Source: an uncultured candidate division Zixibacteria bacterium (GTDB lineage Bacteria; Zixibacteria; MSB-5A5; GN15; FEB-12). Taken from it: a DNA stretch of 64,000 nucleotides. The stretch's first letter is position 1. Each line of letters starts with the position of its first letter. The position numbers and the translations under genes are program-made. Below the pieces are notes generated by a model. That model did not search any database and was not told the DNA's origin. It saw nothing but the letters and a program-made list of their open reading frames with translations. This document shows positions 1 to 9,331 of the stretch, in pieces. The DNA lies in assembly GCA_963664195.1 (NCBI GenBank), contig OY760907.1, positions 918,439-982,438 of the forward strand, given 5' to 3'.

Positions 1-601
1 CTCAAGCCTCCGCTCACCTTCTCGATCGCCCACTTTGTAAGTGGTATAGTGGAAGCTCAGTCCATGAACCTCAGCGACACCGCTGTATTTGAACCTCTGA
101 TAGGAGATCGGAGAATCCAAAGTCAGTTGAATCAGAATGTCCTTGAAGGGGTCCTTTCCGTGTATGTCATCAACGGAGAAGCTGTCGGCGCTTATCCAGC
201 TTCGCCCCAACACTCTCTTTATTGCCAGCAGCAGATTGGATTTGCCTGAGTTGTTCGCCCCCACCAAAGCGCAAATCCTGGGGAGGGCTATGTCGAGTAT
301 CTCAAAGGACCGGAAATTCTCGATTCTGATTCTCGCTATTCTCATCTTGCCGCTCCAAGGTGACATACGGCCACGCGCACAGTCACATCAACATTGGTTC
401 TCCTCATCCCCGCTGTCATATCAATCGCTGAATGGGTGGCACGCGTGGCGTGCCGAGATTCCCCGTCGATAATATACGATACATCGGTCTATGTGGCAAG
501 GGGACTTGCGGAAAAAGTGGAGAAAAGAGGATAATGTGTCAGGTTCGATGCATCAGACACAGATGGCGGATTCGAAGACGGATCCGCCCTACAGGAACGG
601 A

Positions 602-1588
602 CTACACAAACTTCACGCCCTCGATTACCGGGGTGCCGTTGGCGATTCGTTCTGTGCGGTCTTTCATGAACGCCCGCACCCAGTCGCCGTCGTCGATTGC
701 GTCCGCCATGTACAGCACTACGTACAACTCCGCCTCGCGAAGTTTCAAAAAGTCCGGCACGTACTCAAACCAAACCGGATCCAGGCTGTACTCCTGCGCG
801 TATCCCTCTTTCAGCAAATCCCAGTACCTTTGAGCCGATGCGGGGTCGTCGCCGAGCGAAGTGTCCCGAATGGCATAGAAAAACGGCATCGCGAGATCGT
901 ACGCAAACCAGTTGTAATTGCAGTCATCGAAATCAATCGCCACCAGCGACCCGTCGTCGACAATCAGGTTGCCGTGGTGAAGGTCGCTGTGGACCAACCC
1001 GTAGCTGTCGCTATCAATCGGAAGCTGCTTGAGTTTTGTCTCCAGCGCGATCATCGCCGCCTTTGCTTTGGTCTGGTCCTCGGGAACGCAATCCAAATGT
1101 CTGAACGACTCGTCGTACCAGTGGCTGCGGGTCGTCGCCTCGCTGCCGGGGCGGTAGTCTTTCGTCAGAGCGTGCATTTTTCCTACGATGCGCCCCCAGC
1201 CTCTGATGCCGTTGTCATCCCAATCAGATATCCGCCGGGTGTCGCCCGGGGCCTTTTCGAAGACGTACACTATGAAATACGAATCCTCTACCTCGATCAC
1301 TTCCAGCAGGTTGCCGTTCGCCGAAGGAATCACCGCACAAACCGACACGCCGTTTTTGGACAGGTAGTCCACCCATTCGAGTTCCCCCGTCACCTGATCC
1401 GGAGTCCGGTGCAGCGAGTGCGTGAGTTTCAGAATGTAGCAACGCGTGTCCTTCTCGAACTCGAACACGAGGCTTTCGAATCCGCCCAGCAACTTGAGCT
1501 TTTCGATATCGATACTGAAAAGAGCGCTTACTTTGCCGAGGATCGACTCGTTGTGATTGTCATACAGCGTTTGGCTTCGGGGGTCCAT
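602..1588 (-). CDS. Phosphotransferase-family kinase (APH/choline-kinase-like fold)
   Basis: The ORF translation has the Brenner motif 'HSDLHHGNLIV' and 'IDFDD' typical of the aminoglycoside/choline-kinase phosphotransferase family. The start was chosen at the internal Met 'MDPRSQ', so the longer ORF's N-terminal extension is probably not coding. Confidence 0.75.
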   Translation of the reverse strand: MDPRSQTLYDNHNESILGKVSALFSIDIEKLKLLGGFESLVFEFEKDTRCYILKLTHSLHRTPDQVTGELEWVDYLSKNGVSVCAVIPSANGNLLEVIEVEDSYFIVYVFEKAPGDTRRISDWDDNGIRGWGRIVGKMHALTKDYRPGSEATTRSHWYDESFRHLDCVPEDQTKAKAAMIALETKLKQLPIDSDSYGLVHSDLHHGNLIVDDGSLVAIDFDDCNYNWFAYDLAMPFFYAIRDTSLGDDPASAQRYWDLLKEGYAQEYSLDPVWFEYVPDFLKLREAELYVVLYMADAIDDGDWVRAFMKDRTERIANGTPVIEGVKFV

Positions 1589-2310
1589 CGGGGTCCTTTC
1601 GTGTATGCGTTGCCAGTGCAAACATAATACTACATTCCTCACCAGACGTAAACCGGGCAGGGTTGTTCGCAATTATCGCTAGGCCAATCGGACAACATTT
1701 GTTATATATAGGGACTTGGAACTCCCGAGAGTGTCGGGGGTAAACAGGTTGGATGATAAAGGTCTGTCCGTGATACGAATAGTAGCAGTTACATCAATAC
1801 TTCTGCAGTTGTACGCGTCGTTTGCCGCCAACCTGGATTGTTGGATAGGCATTCCGGACCCGTGCCCGGTAGTAACATCACCGTGCGGTGGATGCATGGT
1901 GGTGCCGGAGCCGGTCCCCTTTTTCACGTATATCTCGCAGCCGCTTTGCTGCACCGTGGCGGACCGACCCGAGTTGCCCTGTTCACACAAAGCCAAAACT
2001 TCGTGCGGTCAGGACCTGAAGTGCACGCCAATCGAGCGTTGCTGCACTCTGATTTTGGTCCGTCGACAGACCGAAGGGGTCGTCTTTGAGTTATCAACTC
2101 CGACGGCCGAGCCTCCTGCATCGACGTTTGCATTCGACGACCTATTGTCTCAATCAATAGACGTTCAAGGGAAGATCATTCCCGCCAGAGGAGTTCATCC
2201 CGCAATCGCCTCCACGGTGTTACTGATCTGATACGTGCACGGGCCTGCGTTTGCACGGCTCGAACCGTAGCGCAATTTCAAAACAGTAACATTGATCCTA
2301 ACAAAGGAGA

Positions 2311-2763
2311 ATGGGTGTGAAAAGGCATCATATTCTTAGCATATTGACGTGTGCCCTGGTCCTCATGTTCGCATTCAGCAACGTGGCTCTGGCCGGAGGC
2401 TCGAGCTGTTCCCCGCTCTGCAAGGGCAAGTGTCCGTCGACGGAAAAAGCGAAGGCATCCGATACCAAAGCCATCTCGGCCAAGGATGCCACAAAGGCCG
2501 GTCAGGCCTGCTCTGCTGCCTGCAAAGAGACCTGCGCGCAGAAGTGTACCAAGGAATGCGCAGAAGACTGTAAGGGTTGTGCCTGCAAGGTGACAGCTGA
2601 CGGCAAAATGGATTGCAGCAAATGTACCTGCAAGGCCTGCAAGGATTGCCGCGCCAAGGTCGGTGCCAAGTCTGCAGGTACGGTGAAGGCATCATCGTGC
2701 GCCGCCAAGGGATGCACGAGCAGTTGCACCAAGGCTACCAAGGCTTCCGCCTCCGGCAAGTGA
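2311..2763 (+). CDS. Secreted Cys/Lys-rich protein (29 Cys in 150 aa), candidate periplasmic metal-binding/storage protein
   Basis: RBS AAAGGAGAA lies 6-8 nt upstream. The N-terminus is a Sec signal peptide (MGVKRHHILSILTCALVLMFAFSNVALA). The body carries runs of CxxxCxxxCxxxCxxxCxxxCxxCxC, and a rho-independent hairpin follows at about 2792-2817. Confidence 0.7.
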   Translation: MGVKRHHILSILTCALVLMFAFSNVALAGGSSCSPLCKGKCPSTEKAKASDTKAISAKDATKAGQACSAACKETCAQKCTKECAEDCKGCACKVTADGKMDCSKCTCKACKDCRAKVGAKSAGTVKASSCAAKGCTSSCTKATKASASGK

Positions 2764-2791
2764 CCGCATATACGACAGCGACCTAATAAGA

Positions 2792-2817
2792 AAGGCCACC
2801 CCATTGCAGGGTGGCCT
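2792..2817. terminator. Hairpin (ggccaccc-cattgca-gggtggcc) between convergent genes
   Basis: An 8-bp perfect inverted repeat sits directly after the stop codon at 2763. Confidence 0.5.
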
Positions 2818-2893
2818 TGTCGCTGCTGAGAGGGAAGGATCGCATCGCATGCCTATGACCCTTCCATAGGGACTGTCTCTCAGGGCGTTTTCA

Positions 2894-3685
2894 TCAGAAA
2901 CTCAGTCCCACCAGCAAGTGAGACATCTCAGACTCGGGGTTGATGACAAACGAAACCGTAAGCGGCAGATTGAGTGTCTCCGATACCTGAATGTCGCGCG
3001 AGGCAGTTACGCCCAGGTTGATGAAAGCAAACTCATCGGCACCGTAGTAGCCCGGGTTGTCCTCGCTTCCGGGGGTCACGCCGCAGAAGAAACCAAGCTC
3101 GTATTCATTCACCATGACCGGGTAGTCCAGTTGGAAGTACGCGTTGTTTCCGGCATCGTTGTGCACGTTGAAATATCCCGACAGCGTCACCGGAAAGCTT
3201 GACGGTCCGGTAATCGACAGGCCGATTTCCAGTGTGTGGGCGCCGCCGTAGAAGTATGAGCTATCCGCCGTGCCCGCTTCATCGTCGATCACCATGACCA
3301 GAGTCGAGTCTCCGTCGCCGTCGAAATTGGAAAACTTCAAACCGGCGTTCGGATAGTAGTAATCCGTAATCATTGCTGAAAACGCCACGCCGCTCTCCAA
3401 TTCGCGGGTGTAGCTGAGCCAGAAGTCGATCTCGTCGCAATCGGATTGCTCGTTGGAGAGCGTGTACGCTCCCCAGGTACCCAACTCAAGACCGGCATAG
3501 CTGACTGAAAGGAACGGCTGGATCGACGGAGTGTTGGCAATGTCGCCGCCACGCCACACATAACGGTTGTACAAATCAACTCCCGTGTTCACGCTGATGC
3601 TCTCCTGAGCAAATGCCGTAGCCGACAGGCCGGTGATCAGTATGACCAACAGCAACGTCTTCAAAGCGGTGTTTTTCGACAGCAT
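2894..3685 (-). CDS. Outer-membrane beta-barrel protein (TorF / 'Gcw_chp'-like putative porin), amt-associated
   Basis: It has a signal peptide (MLSKNTALKTLLLVILITGLSATAFAQ) and a C-terminal aromatic residue (…VGLSF), with an AAGGAG RBS. Composition alternates Tyr/Gly as in barrels. It sits immediately downstream of amt, as this family usually does. Confidence 0.75.
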   Translation of the reverse strand: MLSKNTALKTLLLVILITGLSATAFAQESISVNTGVDLYNRYVWRGGDIANTPSIQPFLSVSYAGLELGTWGAYTLSNEQSDCDEIDFWLSYTRELESGVAFSAMITDYYYPNAGLKFSNFDGDGDSTLVMVIDDEAGTADSSYFYGGAHTLEIGLSITGPSSFPVTLSGYFNVHNDAGNNAYFQLDYPVMVNEYELGFFCGVTPGSEDNPGYYGADEFAFINLGVTASRDIQVSETLNLPLTVSFVINPESEMSHLLVGLSF

Positions 3686-3708
3686 GTGAAATCTCCTTTT
3701 TCAGTCAA

Positions 3709-4914
3709 TCAGTTAACGTAAGCCTGCTCGCCGTGGAGAGATTCATCGAGTGTCGATTCCTCGTCCTCGGATGTTTTGACAGTGGTTATCTTGTTGATAA
3801 TCCACAACATGCCGTAAGTGAAGGCAAATGCATACACTGAGGATACCAGGATAGCGACAAGCTCTTTGATGAAGAAGTCAGACCCGCCGAAGAAGAGACC
3901 GTTGGCACCGGCCGGGTTCACCAGGGTGCTTCCCAGCAAGCCTAGCATGATGATTCCCAATGCGCCGCCGACTCCGTGAACACCCCAGACGTCAAGGGCA
4001 TCGTCCCAACCCCACTTGTTTTTCAGGCTGACGGCCCCGTAGCACACCAGACCGGCACAGACGCCGATAATCGCAGCCGAACCCGGGGAAACAAATGCTG
4101 CCGCCGGCGTGATAGTGGCCAGTCCCGCAACGGCACCGGTCAGCAAACCGACAAACCTCGGCTTCTTGGAGAGAACCCATTCGAGCAGCAACCAGGAAAT
4201 GGCAGCGAATGATGCGGCTATGTCTGTGTTGACAAAAGCCAACGCGGTAACTGAATCGACCTGAAGTTCACTGCCGGCATTGAAACCGTACCAGCCAAAC
4301 CAGAGAAGACCGGTTCCCAATGCTACCAGCGGAATACTGTGAGGTCCCGTTTCGGCCACACGCCGTCGACCAACGAAGAGCACTGAGGCAAGAGCCGCCA
4401 TACCGGCGATGTTGTGTACGGCGATACCTCCTGCGAAGTCCAGTACGCCCCACTCGGCCAGAAGACCGCCGCCCCAGATCATATGGACAAATGGGAAATA
4501 CACGAGGACAAGCCAAGCGACGAGGAATAACAGGTAAGCCGGGAACCGCACACGATTCGAGAAGGCTCCGGTAATCAGCGCCGGGGTGATAATCGCAAAC
4601 ATCATCTGGTAAGCGAAAAACACGAACATCGGAATCTGACCGTCGCCGAACGGCGTCATGAGATCTACACCGTTGAGAAAAGCCATATCAAGGTTTCCGA
4701 TAATGCCACCTTCACCGCCGCTGAAACAGAGTGAAAAACCTATGGCATACCACAGAATTGTAGTAACCCCCATAGAGACGAAACTTTGGATCATGATGGA
4801 GAGAACGTTCTTGCGTCCTACCAATCCACCGTAGAAAAATGCCAGGCCGGGAGTCATTAACATTACGAGACTCGTGGCCACGAGCATAAATCCAGTATTG
4901 CCCGTATCAAACAT
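3709..4914 (-). CDS. amt: Ammonium transporter (Amt family)
   Basis: The translation carries the Amt signatures 'LAFFYGGLV' and 'DFAGG…VH', with 11 predicted TM segments. A GGAGG RBS lies upstream of the ATG. Confidence 0.9.
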   Translation of the reverse strand: MFDTGNTGFMLVATSLVMLMTPGLAFFYGGLVGRKNVLSIMIQSFVSMGVTTILWYAIGFSLCFSGGEGGIIGNLDMAFLNGVDLMTPFGDGQIPMFVFFAYQMMFAIITPALITGAFSNRVRFPAYLLFLVAWLVLVYFPFVHMIWGGGLLAEWGVLDFAGGIAVHNIAGMAALASVLFVGRRRVAETGPHSIPLVALGTGLLWFGWYGFNAGSELQVDSVTALAFVNTDIAASFAAISWLLLEWVLSKKPRFVGLLTGAVAGLATITPAAAFVSPGSAAIIGVCAGLVCYGAVSLKNKWGWDDALDVWGVHGVGGALGIIMLGLLGSTLVNPAGANGLFFGGSDFFIKELVAILVSSVYAFAFTYGMLWIINKITTVKTSEDEESTLDESLHGEQAYVN

Positions 4915-5050
4915 GTTGTTCCTCCTTCTTCAGGTGGAAACAGTATGCTTTGTCGCGGCAAATACGAAAATAGGGGAATCCCTGAATGTGCCCTGCTAAA
5001 TACCTTACTCAGGATTAACAGGAGAACGCACCAAACCGAGCAGGTTACGT

Positions 5051-5698
5051 TCAATCGAGCGGAGTAAGGCCCTCGCGGATAGCGTACTTGGTCAATTCGG
5101 CAATGCTGTGAAGGTCGAGTTTATCCATGATTTGCTTGCGGTGGCTTTCGACCGTTTTCACGCTGATCTTCAGCATATCCGCGGCGTCTTTGGTGGACCG
5201 GCCCTCTGCAAGAATCTGGAGGACCTCGCGCTCACGTCCGGTAAGCGGAGAGTCTGAAACGCCCCGGTCATCTCGGATCCAATTGACGTAGTCCCGGAGA
5301 ACCTGATCTCGCACCGACATGCTGAAAAAGAACTCCCCCTCCTGCACGGCCCGTATCGCCTCGACAACTTCGGCAGCGGCGGACTCTTTCAGGAGGTAGC
5401 CTCGTGCGCCGATGCGGAGCGATTCTTTGATGAATCTTCGATCGTCGTGCATGGAAAGCATGATGATTTTCGTGTCAGGAAGATCGCGAAGAATCCGGCG
5501 ACCGGCGTCAATGCCGTTCAACCGGGGCATGGAGATGTCCAGAAGAATGATATCCGGCTTATGCTTCAGGGCAAGTTCGGTGGCCTCGAAACCATTCCCT
5601 GCTACAGCAACAACATCCAACTTCGGTTGCTGATCAAGCAGGGACCGGAGGCCGTCGACCAGCAGTTGATGATCATCGGCAACAAGTATCCTAATCAT
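5051..5698 (-). CDS. Response regulator, NarL/FixJ family (REC + LuxR-type HTH)
   Basis: 'MIRILVADDH…' is a receiver domain, and 'LTGREREVLQILAEGRSTKDAADMLKISVKTVESHR' is a LuxR HTH. The start was chosen at the internal Met and overlaps the kinase gene by 8 nt. Confidence 0.9.
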   Translation of the reverse strand: MIRILVADDHQLLVDGLRSLLDQQPKLDVVAVAGNGFEATELALKHKPDIILLDISMPRLNGIDAGRRILRDLPDTKIIMLSMHDDRRFIKESLRIGARGYLLKESAAAEVVEAIRAVQEGEFFFSMSVRDQVLRDYVNWIRDDRGVSDSPLTGREREVLQILAEGRSTKDAADMLKISVKTVESHRKQIMDKLDLHSIAELTKYAIREGLTPLD

Positions 5699-6422
5699 TG
5701 TCGACCTCAGGATGCAGGTTGTACGCGGTTGACATGGCCACACGAACACCTTTACCCGGCGTAGATTCTACAGTGATGTCACCTCCAAGATAGGATAGCC
5801 GTTCACGGATGCTAAATAACCCAAAACAGTTGGCATCAGTCAATCTTGCCTCATACGAGGTCGTATCAAAACCCTGACCGTTGTCAGTAACAGATACCTC
5901 CAAACCATCCTCTTTCCAAATAGTGTGAATCTTGATGCGAGTAGCCGAGGCATGTTTCACCGCATTCGTAACCAACTCCTGAACGGCCTTGAAGAAGAAC
6001 ACGCTGATTTCCTCCGAAAGCTCCCGGAATGTCCCGGACTCGGATGACCCGACCTGGATGTCATGACGATTGCTCGTGCGCTCAGCCAACCAGTCAAGCG
6101 CCGCGGGAAGACCCAATTCGTACAACACCGGGGGACTGATCTCGACGGTTAGATTGCGGGTATACGTGATGGTCTGCCTCAGAATCGACAATATCTCGGA
6201 GAAATCCTCCTCCATACCGGAGAACACCGCGTTGCCCTGCAGTCTGCTTACTTTCTGCGATACATACGCCAGCGCCTGTCCGATATGGTCATGCAGGTCC
6301 GAGGCAATCTCTCGACGTTCCCGCGCCTCGGCCAGCGACAGCTCCGATGCCAGACGGCGAAGTTGCCGTTGATAGCTCCGAATCTGTTGTTCTGTTTCTG
6401 ACGTGTCCGCCATCCCGTTCAT
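5691..6422 (-). CDS. Soluble sensor histidine kinase (HisKA_3 + HATPase_c), no TM segments
   Basis: H-box 'DLHDHIGQ' and ATPase boxes 'DNGQGF' and 'GLFSIRERL…G' are present. The N-terminal region is coiled-coil-like. Confidence 0.8.
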   Translation of the reverse strand: MNGMADTSETEQQIRSYQRQLRRLASELSLAEARERREIASDLHDHIGQALAYVSQKVSRLQGNAVFSGMEEDFSEILSILRQTITYTRNLTVEISPPVLYELGLPAALDWLAERTSNRHDIQVGSSESGTFRELSEEISVFFFKAVQELVTNAVKHASATRIKIHTIWKEDGLEVSVTDNGQGFDTTSYEARLTDANCFGLFSIRERLSYLGGDITVESTPGKGVRVAMSTAYNLHPEVDND

Positions 6423-6657
6423 TCCTCGCCGGACTGAGTACCGACCTGCGGTGGTCTGTCACATGACGCAAAGATACATCCACTCGACAAAATGCGCAAA
6501 CGCCTAAAAAAACGGCATCCGGACCAATATCACCCCCTTCCCCTGCATGTCCTTGTCACACAATCACTTCACGAAAACACCTATGGAACGGACGTGCTGC
6601 AAGATGCGCCTGCTGTGCTTGACCGATCGACAGGGTACATGAACATCGTTTACCCGC

Positions 6658-6685
6658 TTGACTTCCGCAGACAAAATGTTATGAT
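6658..6685 (+). promoter_or_regulatory. Sigma-70-like promoter (TTGACT-16nt-TATGAT) upstream of the Rh gene
   Basis: The hexamers and spacing were read directly from the sequence. Confidence 0.4.
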
Positions 6686-6873
6686 CCCCCCGATAGGGAC
6701 ACTGACTTACACAAACCAACGCTGGGATCTCCCCGGTCCCGGTGGTTGCACATTATGAACCGGATTCGCGCTGCGCAGGTGACGCCCCCCCTTCAAGCAA
6801 TCAGTGCTTCGAACGGACGTACACACGTGACAAGGCTGTGTTCGCGGACTCCGGCACGACAGGAGAAACTGAA

Positions 6874-8136
6874 TTGAAGAAGCATCGCATGCTGCCTTCG
6901 ATCGCACTTCTTGCTGCGATCCTGGCAATTCTTCCAGAAACCGGCTTTGCGTCGGAGACAGTCGACTCTATAGTCGATGTTCAAAAGTACACTCGCTCCA
7001 TCCACATCATGGCCATGTTGCTCGTCGGCTTTGGCTTCCTGATGGTCTTTGTGAAACGTTACGGACGGTCGGCACTGACCGCCACGCTGCTGCTGACATC
7101 GGTCGCCATTCCGCTCTATCTCTGCATCAACAGCTTCGGCGTTCTGGGTCATGTGGAGCACGGCATTGATGGTCTCATTCTCGCCGAGTTCGCGGCGGCA
7201 TCGTTGCTGATCTGTGCCGGTGCGGTGCTGGGCCGGCTGAAAATGTATCAGTATATCATACTTGGATTACTTTTCATTCCGTGCTACATGTTCAATGAAT
7301 GGATCATGCTCGGCGGCGGTCTTGGACTGATTGAAGGAAGCGGATTCGCCGATACCGGAGGTTCAATTGTCATCCACGCCTTCGGCGCGCTCTTTGGGCT
7401 GGGCTTGATTATGACCCTCACGACCAAGAGAGAATATGACACACCGGTTGAGGCCGACGCGACAAGTGATCGGTTTTCGATGCTCGGCAGTATGGTGCTG
7501 TGGGTATTCTGGCCAAGTTTCTGCGGCGCGCTGGTGCCGGCTGCCGATGTTCCGAGAACGGTTATCAATGTGATTATCGCTCTCTGCGGCGCAACGTTGG
7601 CAACCTATCTGACCTCGGTCGCATTGCGACGGAAAATCCTCATTGCCGACATTGCCAATGCCTCGCTGGCCGGTGGTGTGGCTATCGGTTCAACCTGTGA
7701 CTTTGCCACACCCGCCAGCGCCATGATTATCGGCCTGCTGGCAGGTGCGCTGTCTGTATTCGGATTCGCGAAGATACTCCCCTGGTTGCAGGGAACCATT
7801 AAGAAGGTCGACACGTGCGGCGTCATGTACTTGCACGGACTCCCCGGATTGTTTGGCGGCATCGCGGCCGTGTTTGTCGTGACTTCGGTAAGCTCCGGCG
7901 TGCAGTTGACCGGCATCGGTATTACAATCGCTGTTGCGATGGTTTCCGGGCTTTTCACCGGGTTGGTTGTCTCGTTCTTCGGGCGGCGTGATGTGGCCTA
8001 CGAAGACTCAGAGGAATTCCTGGACGCTGAATACAACTTGGACGATCTGAGGAGAGCGCTTCCGGATTCCGTCCTGGGCCAAATGTCCCAAAACAAAGCG
8101 CCGGTTTTGGAAGCTCAGCCCCGCGAACTGGCATGA
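6874..8136 (+). CDS. Rh-type (Rhesus/Rh50-like) ammonium channel
   Basis: A TTG start sits 9 nt after an AGGAG RBS and gives MKKHRMLPSIALLAAILA, a signal-peptide-like N-terminus. There are about 11 TM segments with Amt/MEP/Rh-like motifs (FGALFGLG, HGLPGLFGG). The longer ORF that begins at 6742 has no RBS. Confidence 0.75.
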   Translation: MKKHRMLPSIALLAAILAILPETGFASETVDSIVDVQKYTRSIHIMAMLLVGFGFLMVFVKRYGRSALTATLLLTSVAIPLYLCINSFGVLGHVEHGIDGLILAEFAAASLLICAGAVLGRLKMYQYIILGLLFIPCYMFNEWIMLGGGLGLIEGSGFADTGGSIVIHAFGALFGLGLIMTLTTKREYDTPVEADATSDRFSMLGSMVLWVFWPSFCGALVPAADVPRTVINVIIALCGATLATYLTSVALRRKILIADIANASLAGGVAIGSTCDFATPASAMIIGLLAGALSVFGFAKILPWLQGTIKKVDTCGVMYLHGLPGLFGGIAAVFVVTSVSSGVQLTGIGITIAVAMVSGLFTGLVVSFFGRRDVAYEDSEEFLDAEYNLDDLRRALPDSVLGQMSQNKAPVLEAQPRELA

Positions 8137-8182
8137 CGGTTTTCCCCTGATGTTTGATTTGCGTAAAAAGGTCGGCATCCAA

Positions 8183-8212
8183 ACAGATGCCGACCCTTCT
8201 TTTGTAACTCTG
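8183..8212. terminator. Bidirectional hairpin terminator (ggtcggcatc…gatgccgacc) between convergent genes
   Basis: A perfect 10-bp inverted repeat is flanked by T/A runs. Confidence 0.55.
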
Positions 8213-8223
8213 TACGAGGACGT

Positions 8224-9237
8224 TTAGAAATCGTTTTGCAACACGATGCGATAACGAGCCTCGCCCGCACGAAGCGCGGCCAGAGCGTCGTTCACCCGTG
8301 ACATCGGATACATCTGTATCTTCGGCTTGATGCCGTGTCGGTCGCAGAACTCCAGCATTCTCGCAGTCGTCGCGGGGCTTCCTAGCGGTGAGGCCGAAAT
8401 GGAACGCTGGCCAACCAGTAACGGGAAGACGGTCACCGGCACCGGCTCCATGACAGCTCCGACGAAGTGAAGTCTCCCCTTCGCTCTCAGCGCGTTCACA
8501 TACATGTTCCAGTTCAGCGGCACGTTGACGGTCACCAGCAGGAAATCAAGCGTACCGGCAATCTTCCCCAACTCGCTTTCATCACGTGAATTTACAACAG
8601 CATGTGCGCCAAAACCACGAGCTTCATCTGCCTTGCTTTCCGACGACGTAAACGCCGTTACATGACAGCCCCATTTGTTGAGGAACTGGATGGCCATGTG
8701 CCCCAGCCCGCCGATCCCTACCACGCCAACCCGATCGGTCGGCTTGACATCGAATTGCACGATAGGATTGAAGACCGTGACCCCGCCACAGAACAACGGC
8801 CCGGCGCCTTCCGGTTTCAGACCGGCCGGAAGCGGAATCGCCCAGTTATGGTGGCAGCGGACTTTGTCGGCAAAACCACCGTGGCGGCCGACGATTGTTC
8901 CCTCGCCGCTTCCGCAAAGATTGTGGTCTCCGCTCATGCAGGAGCTGCATACGCCGCAGCTTTTCGAGGACCAGCCAAGGCCGACCCTCTGCCCCACTGT
9001 AAGGTGTTTCACATTGTCCCCGAGATTCTCGACCAACCCTATGACCTCGTGTCCGGGAACCAGCGGATACTGTGACATCTGCCAGCTATTGTCAATCATC
9101 GAGAGGTCCGAATGACAGATTCCGCAGTACTCTACCTTGATCTCAACGTCATCGACACCCAACGATCCCGCCTTGTATGAAAACAACTCCAACTCCCCGC
9201 CAGCCGCCGTACACGCATATGCTTTGATCTTGCTCAA
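8224..9237 (-). CDS. Zn-dependent NAD(P)-alcohol dehydrogenase (cinnamyl-ADH/YahK-like)
   Basis: 'GHEVIGLV' is the Zn-ADH signature, and 'GICHSD' plus the structural-Zn cysteines 'CGVCSSC' are present. The start is TTG, 8 nt after an AAGGAG RBS. Confidence 0.85.
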   Translation of the reverse strand: MSKIKAYACTAAGGELELFSYKAGSLGVDDVEIKVEYCGICHSDLSMIDNSWQMSQYPLVPGHEVIGLVENLGDNVKHLTVGQRVGLGWSSKSCGVCSSCMSGDHNLCGSGEGTIVGRHGGFADKVRCHHNWAIPLPAGLKPEGAGPLFCGGVTVFNPIVQFDVKPTDRVGVVGIGGLGHMAIQFLNKWGCHVTAFTSSESKADEARGFGAHAVVNSRDESELGKIAGTLDFLLVTVNVPLNWNMYVNALRAKGRLHFVGAVMEPVPVTVFPLLVGQRSISASPLGSPATTARMLEFCDRHGIKPKIQMYPMSRVNDALAALRAGEARYRIVLQNDF

Positions 9238-9331
9238 TTGGTGACTCCTTCTTTTCAGTATTGCATTGAGATAACAGATATCAAGACAACAGCCGGAGTA
9301 GCCCAAAAGGTCCGGCCTGCGCAAACATGAA

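Noticed and set aside
100-160. Possible third copy of repeat family 2 ('ccttgaaggggtcc')
   Set aside because: Only 13 nt match and the 5' half of the element is absent, so it is probably chance.
437-453. GGCACGC-gtg-GCGTGCC, considered as a sigma-54 -24/-12 element
   Set aside because: The GG/GC spacing does not fit the consensus. It is a plain 7-bp inverted repeat, probably a terminator-like hairpin or an operator.
491-1627. 378-aa ORF on the plus strand
   Set aside because: It is exactly antisense to the well-supported phosphotransferase gene. There is no RBS, and the composition is a high-GC antisense artefact (Arg/Pro/Val-rich).
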